Counted from the first letter of the stretch, positions 45,417 through 54,763 are shown. The stretch: 54,763 bases of DNA from Flavobacteriales bacterium (GCA_036405935.1 DASWWQ010000169.1:1-54763); one strand, 5' to 3'. A program made the numbers and translations. The notes: a model not told the origin generated them from the letters alone.

Positions 45417-47498
45417 ATGCGCAGAATACCATCCCTCCTCGTTGTCGCTCTGGCGTTGAACGCCGCCACCCTCCACGCTCAGACCCCCACCTACGCCTGG
45501 GCCCGGTTCGCCGGGAACATCGGCAACCAACAGGCCAGTGGACGTGCCATCGCGGTGGATACCCAGGGCAACGTCTTCGTGGCCGGTATCGGTGCACCCA
45601 GCATCAACTGGGGTGGCATCAACCTCACCAACTGCCAGCAGTACCTGATGAAGGCCGACAACAGCGGCACGGTGCTCTGGGCGAAGAAGATCCCCATGCG
45701 GCCGGATTTCCTGGCCACGGACAGCCAGGGCAACGTGTACGTTTCCGCCTCGGCCCAAGGTGCGGTGAACCTCGATGGCACCACCGTGCCCGGTGACTTC
45801 TCCACGGCAAGCGTGCTGTTGGTGAAGTTCGATCCGCAAGGCACGCTGCTCTGGTTCCGGAACCACCTCCCGAACACCGACCACACCACGCCCGGACGGG
45901 TGATGGTGGATGCGGCCGATAACGTGTACCTGTGCGGGGCCTTCAATACCAGCATCACCATCGGGGGGGTCACCTACACCGGTCAACCGGAGAACGGTTC
46001 GGCGGTCTTCGCCGTGAGCTATGCGCCGGATGGGACCTTTCGGCGCGCCAATGCCACTTCATCCGCACCGCCGGTGGCCAGCTTGAACATCATGGCGGTG
46101 GCCGCCTGTGATACCACCTGCGCCATCATCCGCGGTGGAGTGTTCGGTGGTGTCGATGAGTTCCAGATCGGGGACTTCAACCTGACCGTTACCAGTGAAC
46201 AGATGCCCGCATTCAACGCCTACCTGGCCAAATGGGCGCCCAACGGTGAGGTCCTTTGGGCAAAGGCCTCCGGTGGCATCGGTACGGAGGATCTCACCGA
46301 CGTGGTCGTGGGCCGTCGTGGGCACATCGTCATCGGCGGCTCCTTCACGGGCGATTTCTTCGACCCCGATAGCGCAACAGTGTTCGGAAGGCGCCTGTTC
46401 CTGCAGAGCCAGAGCTACAACCTCGCGGACATGTACACGGCGTCGTTCACCCCGGATGGTGAAGTGGATTGGATCGAACGCGCCGGTGGCAACCACGTCG
46501 ATGGTGGGCCGATGCTCAGCGTGGATGCCATGGACAATGTCTACGCCTACGGCGGCGGATTGAGCGGGTTGATGACCTTCGGTCAGTTGGAGGTGTATCC
46601 GTTCCGCGGCAGCTACATCGTGAAGTTCGCGCGGAACGGTGAGGTGCGCTGGGCCAAGCTGATGATGGCCGGAGTGGGCGATGGCAACAACTGCCTGGGG
46701 GCGGCTGCCGATACCCACGGGAACGTCTATGTCACCGGCATGCAGAGCGATACCATCCGCTTGGATGCGTTCCAGAACATCACTCCGGCCTCGAACAACT
46801 TCGATGTGTTCGTGGCCAAGCTCAACAACTGCACGCCCGCCGTTTCGGAGGTGAACGCTTCGGGGCCCACGGTCTTCTGTCCGGGCGATAGCGTGGACCT
46901 GATCGCACCCGATGCCGCCGATCATCTCTGGAGCACGTTCGCCACCACGCCCGTGATCACGGTGGAAGAGGCCGGTTCCTATTCGGTGGTCACCTCCGAT
47001 ATGAACGGATGCATGACCTGGAGCGATACCGTGGAGGTGGAGCTCTTCGCGCCCGTGGTGCCGACGGCCACGTTGACGGATGGACTGCTCAGCAGCACCA
47101 CGGCCTCCGCCTACCAGTGGATCCTGGACGGGGAGGCGATCCCCGACGCCACCGACCAGACCTTCGATCCCATCGCCGACGGCTCCTACGCCGTGGTGAC
47201 CACCGACGCCAACGGCTGCGTCGCGCTTTCCCCTGCTGTGTTCTTCACGTCGGTGGGCCTCGCTGAAGCCCTCGCCCCGATCGATCGGGTGCTGACCTTG
47301 GGGGATGGGCGGGTCACCATCCTGTTGGGTGCGCCCGTGGATGGGCTTTGCATCCTGAACGCTGCGGGACAGGTGGTCCGGCGCGTGGAGCGACCCGCAC
47401 AGGACCGCGTGGAGCTGCAACTGATGGCGGGAGCTTACGTGTTGCGGAGCATGCGCAACGGTGTGCCGCAGTCGCAGCGCTTCGTGGTGATGCGCTGA
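45417..47498 (+). CDS. SBBP-type beta-propeller repeat protein with Ig-like region and T9SS C-terminal domain
   Basis: ORF 45255..47498 trimmed to the ATG at 45417 (MRRIPSLLVVALALNAATLHAQ). The N-terminus AQTPTYAWARF is paralogous to the protein at 32735..35752 (AQTPTYAWAHS). Confidence 0.75.
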   Translation: MRRIPSLLVVALALNAATLHAQTPTYAWARFAGNIGNQQASGRAIAVDTQGNVFVAGIGAPSINWGGINLTNCQQYLMKADNSGTVLWAKKIPMRPDFLATDSQGNVYVSASAQGAVNLDGTTVPGDFSTASVLLVKFDPQGTLLWFRNHLPNTDHTTPGRVMVDAADNVYLCGAFNTSITIGGVTYTGQPENGSAVFAVSYAPDGTFRRANATSSAPPVASLNIMAVAACDTTCAIIRGGVFGGVDEFQIGDFNLTVTSEQMPAFNAYLAKWAPNGEVLWAKASGGIGTEDLTDVVVGRRGHIVIGGSFTGDFFDPDSATVFGRRLFLQSQSYNLADMYTASFTPDGEVDWIERAGGNHVDGGPMLSVDAMDNVYAYGGGLSGLMTFGQLEVYPFRGSYIVKFARNGEVRWAKLMMAGVGDGNNCLGAAADTHGNVYVTGMQSDTIRLDAFQNITPASNNFDVFVAKLNNCTPAVSEVNASGPTVFCPGDSVDLIAPDAADHLWSTFATTPVITVEEAGSYSVVTSDMNGCMTWSDTVEVELFAPVVPTATLTDGLLSSTTASAYQWILDGEAIPDATDQTFDPIADGSYAVVTTDANGCVALSPAVFFTSVGLAEALAPIDRVLTLGDGRVTILLGAPVDGLCILNAAGQVVRRVERPAQDRVELQLMAGAYVLRSMRNGVPQSQRFVVMR

Positions 47499-47503
47499 GC
47501 GGC

Positions 47504-48157
47504 TCAGCCCTTGGCCAGTGCCTTGATGTCCTTCACCTCGAGGATGTTCTTCGGATAGCCTTGGGTCACGGCGTTGATCATGGCGCGGCCGACCTCCTGC
47601 ATGCGGCAGGTGGAACCGGGCATCAGCACCGCGAAGAGCGGAACGAGCAGGCGCTGGTAGGTCTTGGGGTTGTGTTGCCCCGGGCTCGGCTTCATGATGC
47701 CGGGGCGGAAGTTGTATTGCCCCTTGAAGCCCAGTCGGGCGAGTGCATTCTCGGTGCGGCCCTTCACGCGGGCCCACATCATCCGCCCTTTTTCGCTGCT
47801 GTCCGTGGCGGCGCCGCTGATGTAGATGAACACGCACCCGGGCGAGGCCTCGAGCAGGGTCCGGGCGAAGGCGAGCGTGGCGTGGTAGGTGATGCGCGTG
47901 TATTCCTCCTCCTTCATCCCGACGGAACTGATGCCCGCGCAGAAGAAACAACCATCGTATCCGACCAGCCGGTCCCGCATGCCGTCGAGCGTGAAGAAGT
48001 CCTTCACCAGAAGCTCCTTCAGCTTCGCATGTTGGCGCCCGCAGGTCTTGCGGCCCACCACCAGCACTTCGGAGATGGCCGGATCCGCCAGGCATTCGAT
48101 CAGCACGCCTTCGCCCACATAGCCGGTGGCCCCGGTGAGGATGATCTTCTTGCCCAT
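47504..48157 (-). CDS. NAD(P)H-binding (atypical SDR / NmrA-like) protein
   Basis: ORF 47504..48199 trimmed to the ATG at 48157. Rossmann motif ILTGATGYVGEGV. Confidence 0.8.
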   Translation of the reverse strand: MGKKIILTGATGYVGEGVLIECLADPAISEVLVVGRKTCGRQHAKLKELLVKDFFTLDGMRDRLVGYDGCFFCAGISSVGMKEEEYTRITYHATLAFARTLLEASPGCVFIYISGAATDSSEKGRMMWARVKGRTENALARLGFKGQYNFRPGIMKPSPGQHNPKTYQRLLVPLFAVLMPGSTCRMQEVGRAMINAVTQGYPKNILEVKDIKALAKG

Positions 48158-48256
48158 GTTGGTCCGTTGTTCCGCAAAGGTGTGTTGGGGAAGACGCACG
48201 CCTGATCAAATCCCTTCATACCGTTACCCTGCACCATCCAGCGCATTCCCTCATCC

Positions 48257-49543
48257 ATGTTGTTGCTCCGAACGTTCCTGCTGTGTGTTCTCTTTCCCGC
48301 TGCCGCCTTGGTGCAGGCCTGTACCGCCTTCAAGTCCACCCAGCACGGGCGGACCCTGGTGGGCAACAACGAGGATGCCTGGAGCATCAATGCGCAGGTC
48401 CGGTTCGAGCAGGGGCGCGATGGCGCATACGGTGCGGTGTATTTCGGCCACTTCAACGGCCACCCCATGCGGCGGATGGTGGATCAGCTCGGCATGAACG
48501 AGAGGGGCCTCGTCTTCGACGGCTTGGGGATCCAGCCGAAGAGCGTTCGGCCCGTTCCGGGCAGGAAGCAGATGCCCTTCGACGAACTGATGCCCCTGGT
48601 GTTGCGCAGCTGTGCCGATGTCCATGAGGCGGCCGCGATGCTGCGCACCATGGACAACAGCTGGCTCTATTCCTCGATGCTCTTCCTGGTGGACCGCAAC
48701 GGGGAATACCTCATCGTGGAAGGGGATACGCTGATCCTCGGCAACGACCCCACGTATGCCGTGGGCAACTGGCGGATGAGCACGTGCTCCGATCCCGACG
48801 CCATTCCGATCCCCCGCCTGCAGGCCGGGCGGACCCTGTTGCACCAAGGCCTGGACAGCACCCGGACCGCTGCGCTGGAGGTGTTGCGCAGCATGAAGGC
48901 CTGCCGTGCCCGCTTGGGAGAAGGCACTTTGTTCAGTACGCTCTTCGACACCAAGGCCGGCACAGCGCAACTCTACTTTTATCACGACTTCGACCAGGCC
49001 GTCACCTTCGATCTGAAGGAGGAACTGGCCAAGGGCGATCGCGTGCTGGACATGGCCGCCTTGTTCCCGGTGAATGCGGAGTACGAGCGGTTGCTGGCCT
49101 ATCGCACCCCCTTCCATCAGCGTTGGCTGTTCGTGGCGCTGCTGCTGCTCGGTGTGGCGGCCTTGATCATCGCTGCGATGTCGGGTGTGCTGCTGCTGGG
49201 CAAACTGATCGCGCGCCTACGGCGTAGGGCATCCACCGTGGACGGCTGGCTGCAGGCCATCCTGCTGCTCTGTTGCTCGGCCACGTTGCTGCTGCTCGCC
49301 TTCCTGCTGTTCAACGAAGGCGTGTACTACTTCGGGCTGGGCCAAGCTGTGGAGCCGATCTGGCCACCGCTGCGTTACCTGCCGGCGTTGCTGGTGCTGG
49401 CCGTGCTGCTGCTGGTCGTCCGCATCATCCCCCGGATGCGGGATCGCCGCTCAGGGGCCTTCCAACGTGGGGCCTTGGCGCTTTTCGGCGCTGCGGAACT
49501 GGCCTTCGTCGGCTTGTTGTTCTACTGGCAGCTGGTGTTCTGA
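48257..49543 (+). CDS. Ntn-hydrolase (choloylglycine hydrolase / linear amide C-N hydrolase-like) domain fused to a C-terminal multi-TM region
   Basis: Signal peptide ending ...LVQA|CTAFKSTQHGRTLVGNNEDAW (a mature-N-terminal Cys typical of the family). The last ~140 aa form about 4 hydrophobic helices. Confidence 0.6.
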   Translation: MLLLRTFLLCVLFPAAALVQACTAFKSTQHGRTLVGNNEDAWSINAQVRFEQGRDGAYGAVYFGHFNGHPMRRMVDQLGMNERGLVFDGLGIQPKSVRPVPGRKQMPFDELMPLVLRSCADVHEAAAMLRTMDNSWLYSSMLFLVDRNGEYLIVEGDTLILGNDPTYAVGNWRMSTCSDPDAIPIPRLQAGRTLLHQGLDSTRTAALEVLRSMKACRARLGEGTLFSTLFDTKAGTAQLYFYHDFDQAVTFDLKEELAKGDRVLDMAALFPVNAEYERLLAYRTPFHQRWLFVALLLLGVAALIIAAMSGVLLLGKLIARLRRRASTVDGWLQAILLLCCSATLLLLAFLLFNEGVYYFGLGQAVEPIWPPLRYLPALLVLAVLLLVVRIIPRMRDRRSGAFQRGALALFGAAELAFVGLLFYWQLVF

Positions 49544-49545
49544 GC

Positions 49546-52137
49546 TCAGCGCACGACCAACCGCTGCTTCCAGGTGCGGTCGCCGCAATGCAGCTCCACC
49601 ACGTAGAGCGCAGGTGCAAGTCCGGTCACGTCCAGTACCAGTGAACGAGCGCCTCGGCCCATGCCCACGTTGCGCACGAGCCGGCCATCCGCTGCATGCA
49701 CACGCACGAAGGCCGGGGCATCCAGGGGTTTGCCCAAGGAGATCGTCACGGCCTCTTCCGTGGGATTGGGCATCAGCGTGAAACCGATGGGATCCGTGGT
49801 GCCCGCATCGGTGATGCCGGTGCTGATGCAGGCCGCAGGCACATCGAAGGCTTCGACCTGGTCCGTACGATCGAAGGAACTGCCTTGGTCGGCGCTGTAG
49901 CCGAGGCCCCGGCGCGCGAAGGTTTCCCAGATCAGGCAGGCATGTTGCGCACCGTAGGCGATGGTGTCGGCGCGCAGGATGGCATCACGTCCATCCACGA
50001 AACCCGGGTTGCAGGGTTGCAGCTTCAGGCCGTCCATCATCAGCTGGATGGCGATGTTGTTGCCCCCCGTTCCGTTGTAGAGGTCCGGGTCGTAGCCGTG
50101 CTCCTCGATCAACGCCCAGTTGAGGTCCCACAGCATGGTGGCCCAGACGAAGCCGATGCCGTGCGGCTCGGTGAGCGCTTGGCTGTTGGTGTTGCCGTAG
50201 GTGTAATCGTTCACCGCGAAGTCGGTGGAGTAGGGAGCGGGCCGGATGCCATCGCCGTCCACCGCCTGGTTGCGAACGAAGGTGCCCACCCCGCGCACAT
50301 CGCTCGGCCCATCGTCCGCGCGCTGTGTCAGCATCAATCCCATCCAATCGCTCCAACCTTCACCCATCTGCTCGGCGTTCCACAGGCAATCGGAGTTGGC
50401 CGGACCGCCCGTGAGCCGGGTGGATACACCATGTCCGTATTCGTGTGCGATGATGCCGTTGTCGAAATCCGAATCGCGGAGGTCGGCGTTGTCCACCCCC
50501 ATCAGGGTACCGTGCACGGGGCCGTCCTCCAAGGCCTGTTTGATGGTGTTGCCATCGCTCAGCGAGATCATCACCGAGGGGATGACGATGCCTTCCTGTC
50601 CCTCGCTGCCGCCCATGGCGATGGGGTCGCCGCCCACATTGTTGATCACGATCACGGCGGTGGCTCCGGCGGCCTGTAGCGCCAGCACCTTGTTCACGAA
50701 GGTGCACTGGCCGCGATCCACCAAGGCGATGTGCCCGTCGATCGCGGAAGCGTTCAGCAGGTTATCGCACCCATCGTTCACCGGCGCGGTATCATCCTCC
50801 ACCAGGATGAGGTCGGAGCTGATGGGTTCGGAAGGCAGTTCGGGACCGAAACCGGCCAGCGAGTTGAGGTAGTTCCCCGCGATGGACTCCGGTGAGTCGA
50901 TCAGCAGGGTGCTGTCCGTGGAGGTGCGCCACAGGTACATCTGCATGTAGCCGTGCGAACCATCCGGTGGCGTGGCGAAGTTGGCGTTGTTCATGCCGCC
51001 GCCGTCCTGCGCTTGCGCCATCACCTCATCGCCGCTCGCGCCCAGCCCGTTGGCGTTGTGCGCTTGGAAGTTGCCGCTCTCCTCATCGAAGCCGTAGTGG
51101 TACCACACGTCGTGCAGCACGTTGCAGGTGTAGAAGAGGTTGGTGATGGCCGCATCGAGGTAGTCCGCGGGTGCTTGCGGGGGGACATAGGGAAAGTCGA
51201 ACTGCAGACCGGCACCGCCGCTGGGGCTGTAGCCCGGTTCATCATCGTTGTCGAGGTCCTCCCAAGCGTACACATTGTTGCCCCGGGTTGTGGTGTATTC
51301 CGCACCGGCCGCTCCGTTCACATCGTGCCAGCCGAAGGGCGAGGCTACGGGGTCGGAAGGGTCCATTACCAACGTATGGGGCCCGTGCGAAGGACTTTCC
51401 GTGGGGAAGGGAAAGACGCGGTAGCCGGATCCATCGGGGGGCGGGGGAGCGAGTGGTGCTGGTGCAGCGGCCAGATCGTCCAAGGCGCGGTAGGCCGGCG
51501 CTGCGGTGGGATGGGCGCAATGCGTCACGTAGTCCACTTGGCGGAGGATCGAGCCATCGTGGGCATCCACCGCGAGGTGCCACCAGTTGTCGGTGGTGAT
51601 GGAGCGGATGGTGAGGTCCCACGCCAAGCGGATGCGGCCATCGGGCAGGGCTTCGTAGAGCAATCGGGCGGGGATGGGGTCGTGCGAAATGCCGGCACCG
51701 CTCAGGACCAGATCGGTCGGGGAGTTGGTGCGGACCACCTGCGTGCTGCTTATGGGCAGCAACAAATGCTTGGCTGCACTGCGATAGGCTTCCACCGCGG
51801 TGAGGGCCGGCGTTGCCGCACCGCTGCGACCGTGGACATCGCTGCGCAGCCGGTTACCGAAGGACACCACCTTGCCTTCGAGCACGGCGAAACTGGCCAC
51901 CGCATTGTGCACCGGAAGACCATGGGCGGTCTGCTCGATGTACACGTAGGTGACGCCCTTGCGATCGGTGCTCCTGGAAGTGACCTGCCACTCGACTGCA
52001 TCGCGTGCAGTGAGGCCGGATCGCGCGTGTTCCTGCGCCAACCAGCGGCGCACCACATCGGAGGCCTCTTGTGCAGAGGTGAGGGTGCTGAGAAGGAACA
52101 GCGCGGGGAGCAGCTGTAAGCGGAGTGATCGGGCCAT
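49546..52137 (-). CDS. M36 (fungalysin-type) zinc metallopeptidase with PA-like insert and T9SS C-terminal domain
   Basis: ORF 49546..52218 trimmed to the ATG at 52137 (MARSLRLQLLPALFLLSTLTSAQ). HEYGHGVSTRLTGGP zinc site. C-terminus FTLMPNPTEEAVTISL...LYVVELHCGDRTWKQRLVVR. Confidence 0.88.
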   Translation of the reverse strand: MARSLRLQLLPALFLLSTLTSAQEASDVVRRWLAQEHARSGLTARDAVEWQVTSRSTDRKGVTYVYIEQTAHGLPVHNAVASFAVLEGKVVSFGNRLRSDVHGRSGAATPALTAVEAYRSAAKHLLLPISSTQVVRTNSPTDLVLSGAGISHDPIPARLLYEALPDGRIRLAWDLTIRSITTDNWWHLAVDAHDGSILRQVDYVTHCAHPTAAPAYRALDDLAAAPAPLAPPPPDGSGYRVFPFPTESPSHGPHTLVMDPSDPVASPFGWHDVNGAAGAEYTTTRGNNVYAWEDLDNDDEPGYSPSGGAGLQFDFPYVPPQAPADYLDAAITNLFYTCNVLHDVWYHYGFDEESGNFQAHNANGLGASGDEVMAQAQDGGGMNNANFATPPDGSHGYMQMYLWRTSTDSTLLIDSPESIAGNYLNSLAGFGPELPSEPISSDLILVEDDTAPVNDGCDNLLNASAIDGHIALVDRGQCTFVNKVLALQAAGATAVIVINNVGGDPIAMGGSEGQEGIVIPSVMISLSDGNTIKQALEDGPVHGTLMGVDNADLRDSDFDNGIIAHEYGHGVSTRLTGGPANSDCLWNAEQMGEGWSDWMGLMLTQRADDGPSDVRGVGTFVRNQAVDGDGIRPAPYSTDFAVNDYTYGNTNSQALTEPHGIGFVWATMLWDLNWALIEEHGYDPDLYNGTGGNNIAIQLMMDGLKLQPCNPGFVDGRDAILRADTIAYGAQHACLIWETFARRGLGYSADQGSSFDRTDQVEAFDVPAACISTGITDAGTTDPIGFTLMPNPTEEAVTISLGKPLDAPAFVRVHAADGRLVRNVGMGRGARSLVLDVTGLAPALYVVELHCGDRTWKQRLVVR

Positions 52138-52378
52138 GGGAAGGAGGCACGGAAAAGGGGGCCGGGCCGATGGAAAGATACCGAGGAGGAGGATCGCGTT
52201 GCCTCCCTGATCAGCCAACGATGGGGCTGGCCTTCGGAACCCAAGGTCGATCCGGTACGTTCGGCCCGGTCGACGCGTCCGATACCCGAGATCAGCACGA
52301 TCGTCCCATAGATCGGGCTGTTCCGGCCACTTGATGCTAATTAGATGTTGTTTTGCTCAGAAGCTATACTCGCTCCTG

Positions 52379-52804
52379 ATGCCCGACAACCGGAACTGTC
52401 CGAAGTGCAACAGCGATCAGGTGGTGCGCAGCGGCATCGTGCAGGACCGTCAGCGCTACCGTTGCAAGAAGTGCGGCTACCACTTCACGGTGAACAAGCT
52501 GGGCAAACGCATCGACAACTATTACGTGGTGAAGGCGCTCCAACTGCATTTGGAGGGCGTAAGCCTGCGCGAGATCGAGCGCCTGTTGGGGGTGAGCCAT
52601 GTGAGCGTGCTGAACTGGGTGCGCCAGTACCACATCAAGGTGCCCGAGCAGCGCGACTATCGCCCGAGCTACAAGGTGCTGGACCATACGGAGCTGGTGG
52701 AATTCATGCGTGATAAGTCCCACCTGAGCGGTGCGGGCATGGTGGTGACCGAGCTCGGCGACAAGTTCATGGTGATCCGTTGGGAACGGATCCGCAAGGA
52801 TTGA
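52379..52804 (+). CDS. IS1 InsA-like zinc-ribbon + HTH protein (orphan; no transposase catalytic ORF nearby)
   Basis: ORF 52331..52804 trimmed to the ATG at 52379. CPKCNSDQVVRSGIVQDRQRYRCKKCGYHFT followed by the HTH-like LEGVSLREIERLLGVSHVSVLNWVRQY, resembling IS1 InsA. Confidence 0.65.
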   Translation: MPDNRNCPKCNSDQVVRSGIVQDRQRYRCKKCGYHFTVNKLGKRIDNYYVVKALQLHLEGVSLREIERLLGVSHVSVLNWVRQYHIKVPEQRDYRPSYKVLDHTELVEFMRDKSHLSGAGMVVTELGDKFMVIRWERIRKD

Positions 52805-52940
52805 CGGGGATCCCCGGCGGTTCGGATATGTATGCTTAACGAAAAAGTACCACCGCTTTGGCGAAGGGGGAGGACCGGATGCTACTTCGGCACCGATGGG
52901 ATGGCACCGCCGCTTTCCCGACACCAATCCCCGGACCCTC

Positions 52941-54371
52941 ATGCGACTACTTCTCCTCCGCTCCGCGCTGGCCTGTTCGCTGGTGCTGCCCCTGACCGCT
53001 CTGGGCCAGGGTTCCGAACTCTATGGCCCCGGCATCAAGCTGAAGCCGAAGGCCGACGGGGATGCGTACATCCGCTTCATCTTCTGGAACCAGCTCTGGA
53101 CCCGCTACTACGAGAACAACCCCGGAACCCTGATCAACGGGGAGAAGGCGGACAACAACTTCGACATCGGCATCCGCCGCGCGCGTTTCCTGGCACTGGC
53201 GCAGATCAGTCCACGCTACCTGGTGCTCTTCCATGCCGGCATCAACAACCAGACCTTCGCTACGGGCGGTGTGCCCAACGGCGGTGTCACCGGCAACGGC
53301 GGCACGTACACCAGCGGCAAGAAGCCGGGCATCTTCATCCACGATGCCTGGAACGAGTACGCCGTGGTGCCCGCTGGAAAACGCGAGGATGGCAGCGCCA
53401 AGCCCTTCAGCCTGTATGCCGGCTTCGGTCTGCACTACTGGAACGGCATCAGCCGCATGAGCAGCGCCAGCACGCTCAACTTCCTCACCATCGATGCGCC
53501 CATCTTCAACTGGCCGCACATCGAACAGGCCGACCAGTTCGCGCGCCAGTTCGGCTTCTACCTGAAGGGCAAGGCCGGCAAGCTGGACTACCGCCTGCAT
53601 GTGAACAAGCCCTACGCCACCACAGCGGTGCCCACGCCCACGCCCAGCACCGGCAAGGTGGTGGCGGTGGACAACAGTGGGAATCCGCAGGCGGCCTTCG
53701 GCGGCTACCTGATGTACCAGTTCCTGGAGCAGGAGAGCAATGTGCTGCCCTTCACCGTGGGCAGCTATGTGGGCACCAAGAAGGTGTTCAACATCGGTGC
53801 GGGCTTCTACAACCAGGCCGCCGGCACGCGCAGCAGCATCATCCAGGACGGTGATACCACGTTGCGCAAACACGACATCAACCTGCTCGGTATCGATGTC
53901 TTCGCCGATCTGCCCTTCGGTGGCGACAAGAACATGGCCGTGACCGCCTACTCCGTCTACTACATCCAGGATTGGGGTCCGAACTACCAGCGTACGGTGG
54001 GCATCATGAACACCGGAACCGTGGATACCTCGGTCCCTATCGCCGACCGCAATCCCATCGGTGCGGGCAACGCACGGGTGCTGGAGGGTACCGGCAACAT
54101 CTGGTACACACAGGCCGGCCTGTTGCTGCCGAAGAGCATCAGCACGAAGATGCGCCTCCAACCCTTCGTGGCCTACACCATGAAGGACATCGACTTCTAC
54201 AGGACCACGATGGGCTTCGTGGATGCCGGCTTCAATGTGCTGCTCGACGGGCATCACGCCAAGCTCACCTTCCAGTACAGCAGCCGTCCGGATGTACGCT
54301 TGGAGGCCACGGACTACAAGGTGAAGGGTAACCTCGGTGAGTTCCTCCTCCAGGCCCAGGTCTATCTCTAG
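52941..54371 (+). CDS. Outer-membrane porin-like beta-barrel protein
   Basis: ORF 52896..54371 trimmed to the ATG at 52941 (MRLLLLRSALACSLVLPLTALGQ). Alternating beta-strand pattern. C-terminal ...LGEFLLQAQVYL with an aromatic penultimate residue. Confidence 0.6.
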   Translation: MRLLLLRSALACSLVLPLTALGQGSELYGPGIKLKPKADGDAYIRFIFWNQLWTRYYENNPGTLINGEKADNNFDIGIRRARFLALAQISPRYLVLFHAGINNQTFATGGVPNGGVTGNGGTYTSGKKPGIFIHDAWNEYAVVPAGKREDGSAKPFSLYAGFGLHYWNGISRMSSASTLNFLTIDAPIFNWPHIEQADQFARQFGFYLKGKAGKLDYRLHVNKPYATTAVPTPTPSTGKVVAVDNSGNPQAAFGGYLMYQFLEQESNVLPFTVGSYVGTKKVFNIGAGFYNQAAGTRSSIIQDGDTTLRKHDINLLGIDVFADLPFGGDKNMAVTAYSVYYIQDWGPNYQRTVGIMNTGTVDTSVPIADRNPIGAGNARVLEGTGNIWYTQAGLLLPKSISTKMRLQPFVAYTMKDIDFYRTTMGFVDAGFNVLLDGHHAKLTFQYSSRPDVRLEATDYKVKGNLGEFLLQAQVYL

Positions 54372-54397
54372 TTCCAACGATCACATAACGCATCCAC

Positions 54398-54763
54398 ATG
54401 GCAGCAACAACAGCAACGGCCGCTTCTCCGAAGGGCATCTGGAAGGTGATCTGGGCCTCCTCGCTCGGCACCCTCATCGAGTGGTACGACTTCTACATCT
54501 TCGGCAGCCTGGCCACGGTGATCGCCACGCAGTTCTTCCCGAAGACCAATCCCACGGCCGCGCTCCTCAGTGTGCTGGCCACCTTCGCCGCGGGCTTCAT
54601 CGTGCGTCCCTTCGGCGCGCTGGTCTTCGGCCGGATCGGCGATATCGTCGGTCGCAAGTACACCTTCCTGCTCACGCTCATCATCATGGGCGGTTCCACC
54701 TTCTGCATCGGTCTGGTGCCGAGCTACGAGAGCATCGGCTTCGCGGCACCGATCATCGTGCTG
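54398..54763 (+). CDS. MFS transporter, metabolite:H+ symporter-like (N-terminal part; continues beyond the window)
   Basis: Not in the ORF track (no stop in window). The ATG at 54398 gives MAATTATAASPKGIWKVIWASSLGTLIEWYDFYIFGSLA...FGRIGDIVGRKYTFLLTLIIMG, the MHS-family signature region. Confidence 0.85.
   Translation, partial: MAATTATAASPKGIWKVIWASSLGTLIEWYDFYIFGSLATVIATQFFPKTNPTAALLSVLATFAAGFIVRPFGALVFGRIGDIVGRKYTFLLTLIIMGGSTFCIGLVPSYESIGFAAPIIVL

Noticed and set aside
52379-52804. An active IS1-family insertion sequence
   Set aside because: Only the InsA-like part is present. There is no InsB frame, no A-rich frameshift site and no terminal inverted repeats in the flanks.
1-54763. CRISPR arrays, tRNA, rRNA and tmRNA genes
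   Set aside because: Scanning the intergenic regions, I saw no regularly spaced direct repeats, no cloverleaf-like segments with a T-loop GTTCRANNC context, and no rRNA-like conserved blocks. This was checked by eye only.

Overview
High-GC window (hand-counted 60-nt samples give about 67-70% GC in backbone genes), almost certainly chromosomal DNA of a Bacteroidota bacterium. Support for that: six secreted proteins carry T9SS-type C-terminal sorting domains, there are TAnnTTTG-like -7 boxes, a TPR-LuxR regulator, and an InsA-like/porin/MFS block. I support about 45 real genes. Many long ORFs in the track are antisense shadows typical of high-GC DNA, and two edge-truncated genes are missing from the track (sensor at 1..2084 minus, MFS transporter at 54398..54763 plus).

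Backbone content:
- An Hpt / NarL-type response regulator / propeller-sensor operon.
- A complete arsenic cluster: arsR, arsM, an LMW-PTP arsC, acr3 and a TauE-like exporter.
- Two AraC regulators, an amidase, cbpA-cbpM, and the fused isobutyryl-CoA mutase icmF.
- A GNAT/nitrilase fusion, a beta-lactamase-fold hydrolase, an M36 metallopeptidase, and SBBP / delta-60 repeat T9SS cargo proteins.

Most interesting region: a ~5.3 kb low-GC island (about 25.8-31.1 kb; my samples give 47-48% GC) lying next to an AbiE-like toxin-antitoxin pair. It encodes a C5 cytosine methyltransferase translationally coupled to a 704-aa protein with two GHKL ATPase modules (a MORC/MutL-like N-terminal half and a histidine-kinase-like C-terminal half). 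That protein is in turn coupled to a receiver-domain protein with an unrecognisable ~325-aa C-terminal domain, and a small PD-(D/E)xK-like protein follows. I read this as a candidate methylation-linked phosphorelay defence system.

Second notable structure: the intact icmF, a zeta-toxin cassette and a small low-GC ORF are nested between 5' and 3' remnants of an older icmF copy. The 3' remnant differs from the intact copy only at synonymous sites. That remnant carries a MITE-like element, and the intact icmF carries two in-frame hairpin-forming repeat insertions.

Also seen: a conserved 70-nt promoter/operator module duplicated upstream of two genes flanking an AraC regulator.

I recognised no rRNA, tRNA, CRISPR array, integrase or complete IS.
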